Below, piece after piece: positions 10,580 to 19,140 of a stretch of 64,000 nucleotides of DNA (its first letter is position 1; every line of letters begins with the position of its first letter). A program made the position numbers and the translations under genes. Source of the stretch: an uncultured Nitrososphaerota archaeon (GTDB lineage Archaea; Thermoproteota; Nitrososphaeria; Nitrososphaerales; Nitrosopumilaceae); assembly GCA_963824385.1 (NCBI GenBank), contig CAWGPD010000003.1:192001-256000 (forward strand), written 5' to 3'. Under the pieces are notes generated by a model. That model saw only the letters and a program-made list of their open reading frames with translations. It ran no database searches and had not been told where the DNA came from.

Positions 10580-11146
10580 ATGGTACAATTGGATTTTTTA
10601 TGTATAAAAGATTGTTCCAAGTGTTGTATTGAAAGAGAGTATTATCCAACAAAGAAATTTGGCAAGGTGGGTGTTCTTATCTTACCCCCTGAGAAAAAAC
10701 AGATCGAGTTACTGGCAGAAAAAAATGGCATCAAGATTTCAATTGTACCAAGAATAGGCGTATCCGAAAAGCCTGATGGGCCTGATACTATACTTGCATA
10801 TCAGATGATGGGTAAGGATCCAAATGGCAATACGTGCCCCTTTCTGGATGTGGAATCTAGTAAAAGATCGCCACATGGTGGATATGCATGTAAAATCTAT
10901 GATTCTAGACCACTTGCATGCAGGGCATACCCTGTGATAGAATCTACTCCACTTACTCTAGATTCAAAGTGTAAATTTTGTGAAATCTGTGATGCCCCTA
11001 CTGGAAATGTAGACTTGGAACTGGAATCACTAATTCAAATAAAAGGCCAGATGAAAACTGATGCGCCTTACATCTGGCGTTATGCAACAGGTGTAGGAGA
11101 ATTACAAGATAAAGATCTGATTGAAAACGGTTGGTTCCTAGTCTGA
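10580..11146 (+). CDS. YkgJ-family cysteine-cluster (CxxCxxCC) protein
   Basis: CIKDCSKCC, CPFL, CKIYDSRPLACRAYP. Confidence 0.88.
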   Translation: MVQLDFLCIKDCSKCCIEREYYPTKKFGKVGVLILPPEKKQIELLAEKNGIKISIVPRIGVSEKPDGPDTILAYQMMGKDPNGNTCPFLDVESSKRSPHGGYACKIYDSRPLACRAYPVIESTPLTLDSKCKFCEICDAPTGNVDLELESLIQIKGQMKTDAPYIWRYATGVGELQDKDLIENGWFLV

Positions 11147-11302
11147 TTTGCCTACTCTTTCATGAGTACCAGGATAGTGTTCTCCAATTTTTTTAGAATA
11201 ACACTTGCTGCACAAATTACCCTTTATGTTCCATGATTGCATTGGAACGTAAACATGATCAAAAGGACCATTACACATTGCACAATGTCCAACTTCTTTC
11301 AT
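11138..11302 (-). CDS. Small zinc-finger protein, 54 aa
   Basis: MKEVGHCAMC..LCSKCY; two CxxC pairs; not in the ORF track. Confidence 0.75.
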   Translation of the reverse strand: MKEVGHCAMCNGPFDHVYVPMQSWNIKGNLCSKCYSKKIGEHYPGTHERVGKSD

Positions 11303-11386
11303 GTTCGATCTTTCTTGTTCAAGTTCGTTATAAAAATCATGATCGTAAATAGTATGTTAAATACTAGCGTATTCTAGAATAAAATA

Positions 11387-11451
11387 GCGGTAGGATGGCT
11401 GGCCAATGTGGACCTCCTGCAAGAGAACCTATCGGTCAACCGTTCTGCCGC
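11387..11451 (+). ncRNA. Candidate structured ncRNA or hairpin element (65 nt)
   Basis: GC-rich island folding into one long hairpin, GCGGUAGGAUGG/CCGUUCUGCCGC with G-U pairs; TTAAATA about 25-30 nt upstream. Confidence 0.5.
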
Positions 11452-11465
11452 ATTGATTTAAAATT

Positions 11466-13224
11466 CTAAAAAAGATCTTGGACTACTTTTTGGATACTTG
11501 CAATCTCTTCTTCTTCTTGTTTTATCTTCTTCTCTATTACACGAACCATGGAATCCTGCCAAACATGGTGAGAGAAAAAGTTGTGATATGTATTTGCAGC
11601 AGTCATCTCATCATCTACTACAGTATCTTCTAGAAACTTTGTCACAACAGTGTCTGTCAGTTTTAGGATGCGCTGATTTAATTTAACACTCTTGAATATT
11701 GGCTCTAGCTTGGATATGTCTTCTTTAAAGTCGTCCTTTGAAAGTATAATCTTTTCATGGAGGATCTTAAAGTATACTGCAACAAAAAATAGTGTCGCAT
11801 ACCTCTTTGTCTTATGACCTCCTTTCTTTCCATAATTTAATGACTTTTTTGCATATTCCTTGATAAAATATGGATAAAGAAGCAGTCTAAAATCATCCTT
11901 TAATTTCTCGTTAAAGACCTCGTCATATTTACTGCCTCTTGGTAAAAATTGTGCAGGAGAACTGTATGCCTCAGTTGGTCGTTGTTCTGTTCCTGCAACA
12001 AAGGCCTGTATTGCATCCTTTGCTACAATGACTTTTTTGTGATTGTCTGGCAAATATTTATTGTAAATGACATCTCCAACAAACTCACTTTGATGTGATT
12101 TTGTTTTGGTATCAAATGAGCCTCCTTGGATTTCATAAAAATAATGAATGTTCTCCATTTGCGATTTTATTGATTTGTGAAAGTCCATTAACGATACTAG
12201 ATCTTTTCCTCTTACTGCATTCTGAGAGTTTCTGTATTTTGTTATGTTGTTTTGATCCAGTTCGTCTGCAGACTTTTATGATTGTGACAGTTATACTTCC
12301 ATCTAAATTATGAGTACGTCTTGCATGGTCTAATACAGAATTTGATGTCTGTGCCCCGTTTACTATTTGAGGTGAATGTAAAACTATGGAATTATCTTCC
12401 GATTCCTCAAAATCGCTTACTACTATTGTAATTCCATTGTTGTAGTAGAAAAATTTGTGGGGCACTTCCTGCAAAGTTTCTCGCAATCCCTTGTTTACTG
12501 TAGTCTTGAACTGCATCCATTGTCTAATGTTTGATTCAAAAACATAGTCCTTGTTCTTTGTAACAAAATTAGTAAGTTCTCTTAATTTTAAAATGCCTAA
12601 AAGTGTATTTTGATATCTCAATTTAGTTTCAAGTTTGATGGATGCCTTTTTGCCAGCAGCTGGTTTTTTTATTCTATCCCAAAGTTTTCTGACTATGACA
12701 TCTACGTCATAAATTTCAACAGACTCAAAATTTTCATCCTCTACCTTCTGATCTGTCACATAGATACACTCTATCTTTAGATTTTTTTCCTGGATCTTTG
12801 TGACAAGGTGTGCAAGCTCTGGACGCATCTTTGCAATGTCTTTACCTTGTAATCTCTTGACATCTTCTCTGAATTTTACTATGGCTTCAATGGAATGAGA
12901 TGTTCCGTACTTTGACTGGAATAGATAGATCTTGTCTTCTGAAAAATCTACTGGCAGATACGCATCTATTCCTAAATCGTTTGCACCGTCAATTATTGCA
13001 TCAGTTGCATCATCTTCAGTTGCCTCAAAGACTCTGGTGAGTACCCACTGCAAAAAATTATGACCCTTCTCAACCTCATTTTGTGCACTTTCAGCATATT
13101 CTTTTATGCTGTCTTTTACATTTTGTACAAAACCATCTAGTGGTTGACCACCTGTATTCTGATATGAAATAGGTTTTGCGCCTGGAATGTATTCTAGTAG
13201 ATTATTACTTTCTGCCAAATTCAC
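11466..13224 (-). CDS. AIPR-family (abortive infection phage resistance) protein with N-terminal restriction-endonuclease-like domain; apparent +1 frameshift at 12272
   Basis: DGANDLGIDA..LFQSKY; NIR, FFYYNNGITIV, QIVNGAQT; corrected junction gives RNSQNAV. Confidence 0.88.
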
Positions 13225-13278
13225 TCTGTCTACAAACCGCTCTATTTAGAAAAGCGGGTTATTATGATATAATTAAAA

Positions 13279-13350
13279 AGGTGAGGAAGGGATTTGAACC
13301 CCTATAGATTCGCTTTGCAGGCGAACGCATAGCCACTCTGCCACCTCACC
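13279..13350 (-). tRNA. tRNA-Cys (GCA)
   Basis: GGTGAGG/CCTCACC acceptor; anticodon arm TTCGC-CTGCAAA-GCGAA. Confidence 0.95.
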
Positions 13351-13391
13351 GCGATCAAAATGGCTTTATTTGAACAATTAAATCTTTTAGA

Positions 13392-13610
13392 TTAGAATTT
13401 TGAAAATTGCTTTGCTGCAAGTCTAATGTCTTCTGACTTTATCGTCTTTCTACCTGCATGTACTGACATCTCTACTGCATTTTTTGCAATCGAACCACCA
13501 ATCTCTTCTAGTATTCTTCTAAGTTCATTTGCTGATTCATCACTTACTCTTTCTGCACCTGCTTTTTTCAATATTCTATACATTACAGAAAGACCAAATT
13601 CTGTTGTCAT
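13392..13610 (-). CDS. Archaeal histone (HMf-like)
   Basis: RILKKAGAERVS..HAGRKTIKSEDI histone fold; start MTTEF. Confidence 0.95.
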   Translation of the reverse strand: MTTEFGLSVMYRILKKAGAERVSDESANELRRILEEIGGSIAKNAVEMSVHAGRKTIKSEDIRLAAKQFSKF

Positions 13611-13707
13611 ACAATAAATCCAAAAACCCATGATAAAAGACTTTGAGTGGAAAAAAACTATGCAAGGATCGATTTATACACACTATTTTGTGCTCAAATA
13701 AGTGATT

Positions 13708-14463
13708 ATGGCTTGGCTGACTGATGCTCATATTCATCTATCAGACAACGAGTACTTGGCTGACTTGGACTATGTACTAGTAGTCATGGATAGATTGAAG
13801 ATCAAGGCATGTTGTGTTTCTATGGATAACACGACTTCAAAATCTACACTTGAACTAAGTAAACGCAGTCCTCTGGTTTTACCATTTATTGGAATTCATC
13901 CTGAAAAAGCAGATGATGATCTAAATGTAATGGTAGAATTGATTAGAAACAATTCAAATAAAATATCTGGAATAGGAGAGATTGGTCTTGACAAAACATA
14001 TGTTTCTGACGAAGTGGGATTTTCAAGACAAGTATTGGTATTCCAAGAGATGCTCTCACTTGCAGAAAAATTAGGAAAACCAGTATCGGTACATTCTAGG
14101 AGAACTCTAGATGAGATATTTTCTATACTCCCGTCTTATTCCATCAAAGGTGTTTTACTTCACTGGTTTTCTGGCAGCAAAAAGCAATTACAAAAAGCAA
14201 TGGAACTTGGATGCTTTGTATCATATGGACCGGCAATGGTTTATTCTCAAGACAAGCAAGTTCTTCTTGAACTTACAGACTTGGATAAAATACTCTTGGA
14301 GACTGATGGACCTGTGAGGTTCTCAAGATGTTTTGGTCTTAAAACCGCACAAATAACATTTCTACCTAGCGTGCTTTTTTGTGCAGCTGGTATATTGAAC
14401 AAGTCATATGATGAAATGTTACTGATTGCAGAAAAAAATGCCAATTCATACCTTGGTGTATAG
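13708..14463 (+). CDS. tatD: TatD-family nuclease
   Basis: DAHIH, GIHP, GEIGLD, HSR, HWFSG, LETDGP. Confidence 0.95.
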   Translation: MAWLTDAHIHLSDNEYLADLDYVLVVMDRLKIKACCVSMDNTTSKSTLELSKRSPLVLPFIGIHPEKADDDLNVMVELIRNNSNKISGIGEIGLDKTYVSDEVGFSRQVLVFQEMLSLAEKLGKPVSVHSRRTLDEIFSILPSYSIKGVLLHWFSGSKKQLQKAMELGCFVSYGPAMVYSQDKQVLLELTDLDKILLETDGPVRFSRCFGLKTAQITFLPSVLFCAAGILNKSYDEMLLIAEKNANSYLGV

Positions 14464-14494
14464 GTATAAAAAACCCCTTTAGGCAATCAAATCA

Positions 14495-14755
14495 GTGAAC
14501 AGAATCAGAAAAATTTCCATGGAATTGATGACCACTTATAAAGGAAAATTTGACAATGATTTTGCACACAACAAACAGGTTCTAAACGAAGTTGCAATTG
14601 TAAGATCTAAAGGTCTCAAGAATGAAATCGCAGGTTACATTTCTACATATATCAAACGAGAACTTGAGGAGAAACAAGAAAAAGAAGCTGATGCAGTTGC
14701 TCACAACGAACCAGTTGATGAGACTGAAGAGATTGAAGAGCAGATACTCAACTAG
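14495..14755 (+). CDS. rps17e: 30S ribosomal protein eS17
   Basis: DFAHNKQVL..SKGLKNEIAGYI. Confidence 0.93.
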   Translation: MNRIRKISMELMTTYKGKFDNDFAHNKQVLNEVAIVRSKGLKNEIAGYISTYIKRELEEKQEKEADAVAHNEPVDETEEIEEQILN

Positions 14756-14800
14756 GTTTTTTACAAAAATCCAATATACCACATTCCTTCTTTTGGTAAT

Positions 14801-15580
14801 ATGATAACTGTCAGGTTACTGGGAGGTGCAAAAAAGTCATTTTCAACTGATAAGATTGAGATTGAAAGTGACCTTATGACAATATCTAATCTGTTAGACC
14901 ATCTTGAAAAATCCACTCCTAACAATCTTCCACACCTTGATCCCAACAATATTCTTGTTGCAGTAAATGGCGTAGATTCATCTGCATTGCAAGGAAAAGA
15001 GACTTTACTAAAACGTGGAGACATCATAAGTATAATTCCATTAGTTCATGGTGGAAGATCAAAGAGGATACAATTTGCTCTAATGAAAAATACTATAGAG
15101 TTAGTAAGACTCAAAAAAACTACAGAAGATCCAATTACATTTATCGAGTCACTCAGAGAGAAATATCCAAATCTTGTCATCCAAGGAATTGGTGCATCAT
15201 ATGTCCTCAATCCAGAACATGTACAAAAGACAGTTGCCATTTCTTTGTCTGCTCAAAAGGCAGGCACGTTGCTTTCTAATAAAATTGAGACTGATATTCT
15301 AATGAGATTTGCATGTACTAGGCAAATTAGTGACGCAATCTCTAAAGTAGGTGTAAAAAAGAAAGCAGATTCTATATTGATAATAATTGGAAAAAAACCA
15401 TTAATTGAAAAACTCTACAATTACATTGAGGATCTTTTACAAGACAATGTGTTTTCTAAAGATAATTCCACATTGATAAAAAAAGAATTTGGAATAACAA
15501 AAAAGCAACTTGACTGCGTGTTTTCTAAAACGCCCTTGGAGGATCTGCTTGCAGAAAAGTCTGCAACATTATTCCATTGA
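14801..15580 (+). CDS. cgi121: Ubiquitin-like (MoaD/ThiS/SAMP) domain fused to KEOPS subunit Cgi121
   Basis: ITVRLLG..ILVAVNG..GDIISIIPLVHGG beta-grasp ending in an internal GG, followed by ETDILMRFACTRQISDAI..G (Cgi121). Confidence 0.85.
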   Translation: MITVRLLGGAKKSFSTDKIEIESDLMTISNLLDHLEKSTPNNLPHLDPNNILVAVNGVDSSALQGKETLLKRGDIISIIPLVHGGRSKRIQFALMKNTIELVRLKKTTEDPITFIESLREKYPNLVIQGIGASYVLNPEHVQKTVAISLSAQKAGTLLSNKIETDILMRFACTRQISDAISKVGVKKKADSILIIIGKKPLIEKLYNYIEDLLQDNVFSKDNSTLIKKEFGITKKQLDCVFSKTPLEDLLAEKSATLFH

Positions 15581-16090
15581 GTCTCGCTTGAGCTTTAGCG
15601 TACTGACAACATCCTCTTCTCTTAGTATTGAAACGCCTGTTATGCCGCCCATTATCTGAATCATAACATTCCAGTCATAGGATTCTAAAGACACCTTGTT
15701 TGGAATTATGCCTGCAACTGAATCTATAATGCCCTTTGAGGAAATATCCGAGCCTCTTTTTTCAATTGTAATCCTGTATGCGTCTGTATCTTTCATTATT
15801 TTTATTTGGTTTCTCACACTTTCTACTATATTTTCAAGACTAGACGAAGTGGATTGTCTAATGGGAATGAATCTATGACAATATCTCATTCTCCATGGCT
15901 CATCAAGAGTTATCTTTTTGATTTCAGCTATGACAACAAACGGATCGATTTTAGTGTCAACCCAAACTATTCCTGAGAAACTTGACTTGCCAATTCTTGG
16001 AGACTTGTCTCCAAGTTCTTGAATAATCTCTGCAATTTCATCACACGCTTCCTCTTCCATGTGTCTACTACATGTTGCAATCAAATTCAA
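15569..16090 (-). CDS. THUMP-domain RNA-binding protein
   Basis: LIATC..EEEA..RFIPI..YRITIEKRG..KVSL..D..V.IQI pattern. Confidence 0.85.
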   Translation of the reverse strand: MNLIATCSRHMEEEACDEIAEIIQELGDKSPRIGKSSFSGIVWVDTKIDPFVVIAEIKKITLDEPWRMRYCHRFIPIRQSTSSSLENIVESVRNQIKIMKDTDAYRITIEKRGSDISSKGIIDSVAGIIPNKVSLESYDWNVMIQIMGGITGVSILREEDVVSTLKLKRDSME

Positions 16091-16677
16091 ACTAAAGACT
16101 CCGATTTTATTTTTCCTTGTCTAACTATTTTTAACTTGTTACCTTCAAACTCAATTACTGTAGATTCTCCTGGCTCAAAAATTTTTCCGCCATCTAATAA
16201 TACGTCATATCCTGTGAAGTTTCCTATTATAGTCCTTGAATCATTAAATGCAGCGTGTCCGGAAAAATTTGCGCTAGTTCCCACAAGTAACTTACATTCT
16301 TTTAAAAGATCAAGTGTACATGGATGATTTGGAACTCTAACTGCAATCTTGCCATCAAGACCAAGTGACTCTTCAATTTTCTTGTCCTTGACTTTGAGAA
16401 TTAATGTAAGAGGACCAGGCCAAAATTTATCTGAGATCTTATCTGAATTTTCATCAAAATATGCTATATCGTTTATCTCTTTTTTTGAATATCCCAGAAC
16501 AGGAAGCTGTTTTGTTTTATCCCTTCCTTTAATTTTGTATATTTTGTTAATTGCATCCTGATTGTATGGATCGCACCCTATCCCATAAACGGTATCTGTA
16601 GGAAATACGACAACTCCTCCTTTTTTTATGGAATCATATGCGCCCTTTATTCCTCTTTCATTACAGGGAAGAATCAT
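16087..16677 (-). CDS. sua5: L-threonylcarbamoyladenylate synthase (Sua5/TsaC)
   Basis: FPTDTVYGI, KGR, FWPGPLT, RVP, TSANFSG. Confidence 0.95.
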   Translation of the reverse strand: MILPCNERGIKGAYDSIKKGGVVVFPTDTVYGIGCDPYNQDAINKIYKIKGRDKTKQLPVLGYSKKEINDIAYFDENSDKISDKFWPGPLTLILKVKDKKIEESLGLDGKIAVRVPNHPCTLDLLKECKLLVGTSANFSGHAAFNDSRTIIGNFTGYDVLLDGGKIFEPGESTVIEFEGNKLKIVRQGKIKSESLV

Positions 16678-16751
16678 ATTTTTTTAGGTGTTTAATAGTA
16701 AATTATCTCTTCTTATGAAAATGATATAAGTTGGAATGTGTATTATATCCA

Positions 16752-16853
16752 ATGGACGAAGTATCACAATGTCAATGTCCTCCTGGTGGAGAAACATATG
16801 AAGACGAAGAAGGGATGAAAATCTGCGTTTCATGTGGCGGTTGGGTAGCGTAA
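16752..16853 (+). CDS. Cys-rich microprotein, 33 aa (MDEVSQCQCPPGGETYEDEEGMKICVSCGGWVA)
   Basis: CxC and CxxCG; TATA-like ATATAA about 25 nt upstream. Confidence 0.6.
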   Translation: MDEVSQCQCPPGGETYEDEEGMKICVSCGGWVA

Positions 16854-16931
16854 AAATCAACCAGTTAAGGTGGTAATAGTAATGTTGGTACTGTGCAAGT
16901 CTTTTATAGGAAAATATTTTCTGTGAGTGAT

Positions 16932-17027
16932 ATGTCTGAGGATTATGAGAATGACTTTGAAGATGCCTTTGAGGACGATGATGTAGAGGATGAAACTGAA
17001 GAGATAGTAGATGAAGGCGAAAGTTAA
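16932..17027 (+). CDS. Highly acidic microprotein, 31 aa
   Basis: MSEDYENDFEDAFEDDDVEDETEEIVDEGES; strong GAN codon periodicity; TTTTATA about 25 nt upstream. Confidence 0.6.
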   Translation: MSEDYENDFEDAFEDDDVEDETEEIVDEGES

Positions 17028-17314
17028 ATTCTTAATCCAAACGAGTCTGCAAACTCTCTGAATCCACGATATGCCTGAAGAAATTCTCTACCCTTGTTGC
17101 TTATTCTGTACTTGCAGGCCCTATCCGAATTACTCTGTTCCAAAAGTCCCTGTGAAACAAGTGTATCTAAAATTTTTGCAAGTCTTGAATATGAAATATT
17201 TGCTTTTCGGATAAGATAAGTTACACTAGCACCTGACTCGTCTGGAACTTCGTCTCTTGTAGTAGAGAGAATGTCTCCAATTATACTCATATGAGTTCTA
17301 TATGTTATTGCCAA
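17024..17314 (-). CDS. Winged-helix DNA-binding protein (HTH_45-like), paralog 2
   Basis: YRTHMSIIGDIL..KANISYSRL..ISNKGREFL..ADSFGL; aligns by eye with 10185-10466. Confidence 0.88.
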   Translation of the reverse strand: MAITYRTHMSIIGDILSTTRDEVPDESGASVTYLIRKANISYSRLAKILDTLVSQGLLEQSNSDRACKYRISNKGREFLQAYRGFREFADSFGLRI

Positions 17315-17933
17315 ATCTTACTCCTCTTAGCGGAACCTGAGAAATTGGAACAAAAAGTGCTCCCAATCCTGCTATCTTTGTAGAAACTGAAACAAAATAC
17401 AACACTGATTTTGGAAATACAATAGAATACCAACCCAAAAATTCGCCTAATGCTAGTAACCCAAGGCCCGCGGCTACGAAAATAGTACTCCTCTTTCTAT
17501 TTTCCATGTATGACAATATTGTCTCAATTGTCCCATATACCAATAGGATAAAAGAAATTGACCTTATAATGTGCTCAATTGAATTGCCTGGAATAATGAA
17601 AAGAGGCATTGCAATTGATTTGAAATATCTTGATTTTGGGAAAAATGATTTAATCCCATGAGAGAATGCTATGAAAAAGTATCCTATGGTCTGAATCCCA
17701 AGTCCAAGGGTCTGAATCCAAGTGTCTAGTCTGACATATCCCATGACAAGAGACTCGATGAGAAAGCCAAATCCTACAACTCCAAATCCTATGCTGATTG
17801 AAAAGAACGAGATGCTTAATCTAAAGAGAGTAGGACTACCGGTATTTTTGAATCCGATATATGCAAAAACCCCCAAGATTAATCCAACTATGAAGCCTAA
17901 TAGATTTAGGGCAGACTCTAAAACAAATTCCAA
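17298..17933 (-). CDS. Polytopic membrane protein (6-7 TM), overlapping the wHTH gene
   Basis: Repeated hydrophobic segments, no soluble domain. Confidence 0.8.
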   Translation of the reverse strand: MEFVLESALNLLGFIVGLILGVFAYIGFKNTGSPTLFRLSISFFSISIGFGVVGFGFLIESLVMGYVRLDTWIQTLGLGIQTIGYFFIAFSHGIKSFFPKSRYFKSIAMPLFIIPGNSIEHIIRSISFILLVYGTIETILSYMENRKRSTIFVAAGLGLLALGEFLGWYSIVFPKSVLYFVSVSTKIAGLGALFVPISQVPLRGVRFGNNI

Positions 17934-17944
17934 TTAGGTAAGAT

Positions 17945-17966
17945 GCCTTATGAAATTACATAAGGC
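17945..17966. promoter_or_regulatory. Perfect inverted repeat, putative operator
   Basis: GCCTTATG-AAATTA-CATAAGGC, 12 nt upstream of the membrane protein-wHTH operon. Confidence 0.6.
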
Positions 17967-17983
17967 TTGTAGTGGATTTTTTT

Positions 17984-18190
17984 CTACCATTCATCAAGAG
18001 TTCCGGATGTAGTACCTTTGGTATCGGACGTGTAATCTCCCAAAACATCCGAATATCTTGCATCCTTGTAAGCAATAAATTTCACATATTCACCGTATGA
18101 CATGTCAAGGGAACAATGTGAACACTTGACATATGTAAAATCATCTCCCAATTCTGCAATTTTGTCACACTTGGGACATTTTATCTTCAT
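17984..18190 (-). CDS. Zinc-ribbon small protein
   Basis: CPKC..CSHC; C-terminal TLDEW. Confidence 0.8.
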   Translation of the reverse strand: MKIKCPKCDKIAELGDDFTYVKCSHCSLDMSYGEYVKFIAYKDARYSDVLGDYTSDTKGTTSGTLDEW

Positions 18191-18328
18191 GTTCTATATT
18201 GTCGCCAAGTCCTATTATCTCTTCTCAAGATAACAAGAAAATTCTGTCTTGATAAAATTAGAACAATTGATGTTTTCTATACAAATGGTCTCTTAAAGAA
18301 TTAAATTGCTATGATTTGGTGTCCAACT

Positions 18329-18604
18329 ATGGTCAGAAATTGTACCAAATGTAAAACAGAAATTCCAGACGGAGTTGAACTTGATCCTTTTGCATCTACA
18401 TATCCTTGCTGCAACAAATGCTGGGAAGAGTGGAAGCAATACAGAATCATGGTTATGAATGAAATGAAATTAGACATGTCAATGTCTGATCATAGAAAGG
18501 TAGTTAAAAAATACGAAAAAGTATTTGTTGGCGTTATGACTCCTGAAGGAGATGTAATCAATTTCGCTGATGAAAATAAGCGAAAACCAGATAGTCCACT
18601 TTAG
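18329..18604 (+). CDS. Fe(II)-trafficking / oxidative-damage protection protein (YggX-like)
   Basis: CWEEWKQYRIMVMNEMKLDMSMSDHRK resembles the YggX W..W...QTMLINE..L.M...HRK pattern. Confidence 0.7.
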   Translation: MVRNCTKCKTEIPDGVELDPFASTYPCCNKCWEEWKQYRIMVMNEMKLDMSMSDHRKVVKKYEKVFVGVMTPEGDVINFADENKRKPDSPL

Positions 18605-19062
18605 ATACCGATTTCCCTTTTTGCACTATCTGGAATTATCAGATCTAGTTTTTTTCTACTCCTCTCATCAAATTTTCCAACTATCTCCTTGAGAGTTCCC
18701 ACAAGTATAGATCTTTGTTCAGCAGGTAATGACATGAAGATCTCAAAAATTCCATCCAAATTGAATGCAATCAGTTTTTCTGGATGATTTGTTATCTCAT
18801 TGATATAATTAGAAAACATTATGGTTCTCTGTTCTTCAGACAAGCTACAGAGAATCTCAAGCCAGGTCTTAAACAAGGTGGAAAATTTGTCAAATTGTAT
18901 TGTGGGTCCAGCCTGTAATGCATTAACTATGATCTCTTTTTTGTCTTCTTGATTCATGGAGAAAAACTCTGTTAATCTCTTTTTTAATATCGGCTTTCTT
19001 AGAAACTCTGGAAGTCCTGCTAAATTTACTATAATGTTTCCAGCATGATTTGGAGAAGACAT
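18601..19062 (-). CDS. Hypothetical alpha-helical protein
   Basis: Intact 153-aa ORF. Confidence 0.75.
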   Translation of the reverse strand: MSSPNHAGNIIVNLAGLPEFLRKPILKKRLTEFFSMNQEDKKEIIVNALQAGPTIQFDKFSTLFKTWLEILCSLSEEQRTIMFSNYINEITNHPEKLIAFNLDGIFEIFMSLPAEQRSILVGTLKEIVGKFDERSRKKLDLIIPDSAKREIGI

Positions 19063-19140
19063 ACAAGTTTGTGACTAGATTGATTCTAAAATCGTATTGG
19101 TAAGATTTGGCTTAAATATCTCCGGTTGTGCTCTCCCTGT

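Noticed and set aside
13235..13260. Imperfect palindrome AACCGCT..AGCGGGTT upstream of AIPR
   Set aside because: Short and imperfect; I cannot tell an operator from a tRNA-Cys terminator or chance.
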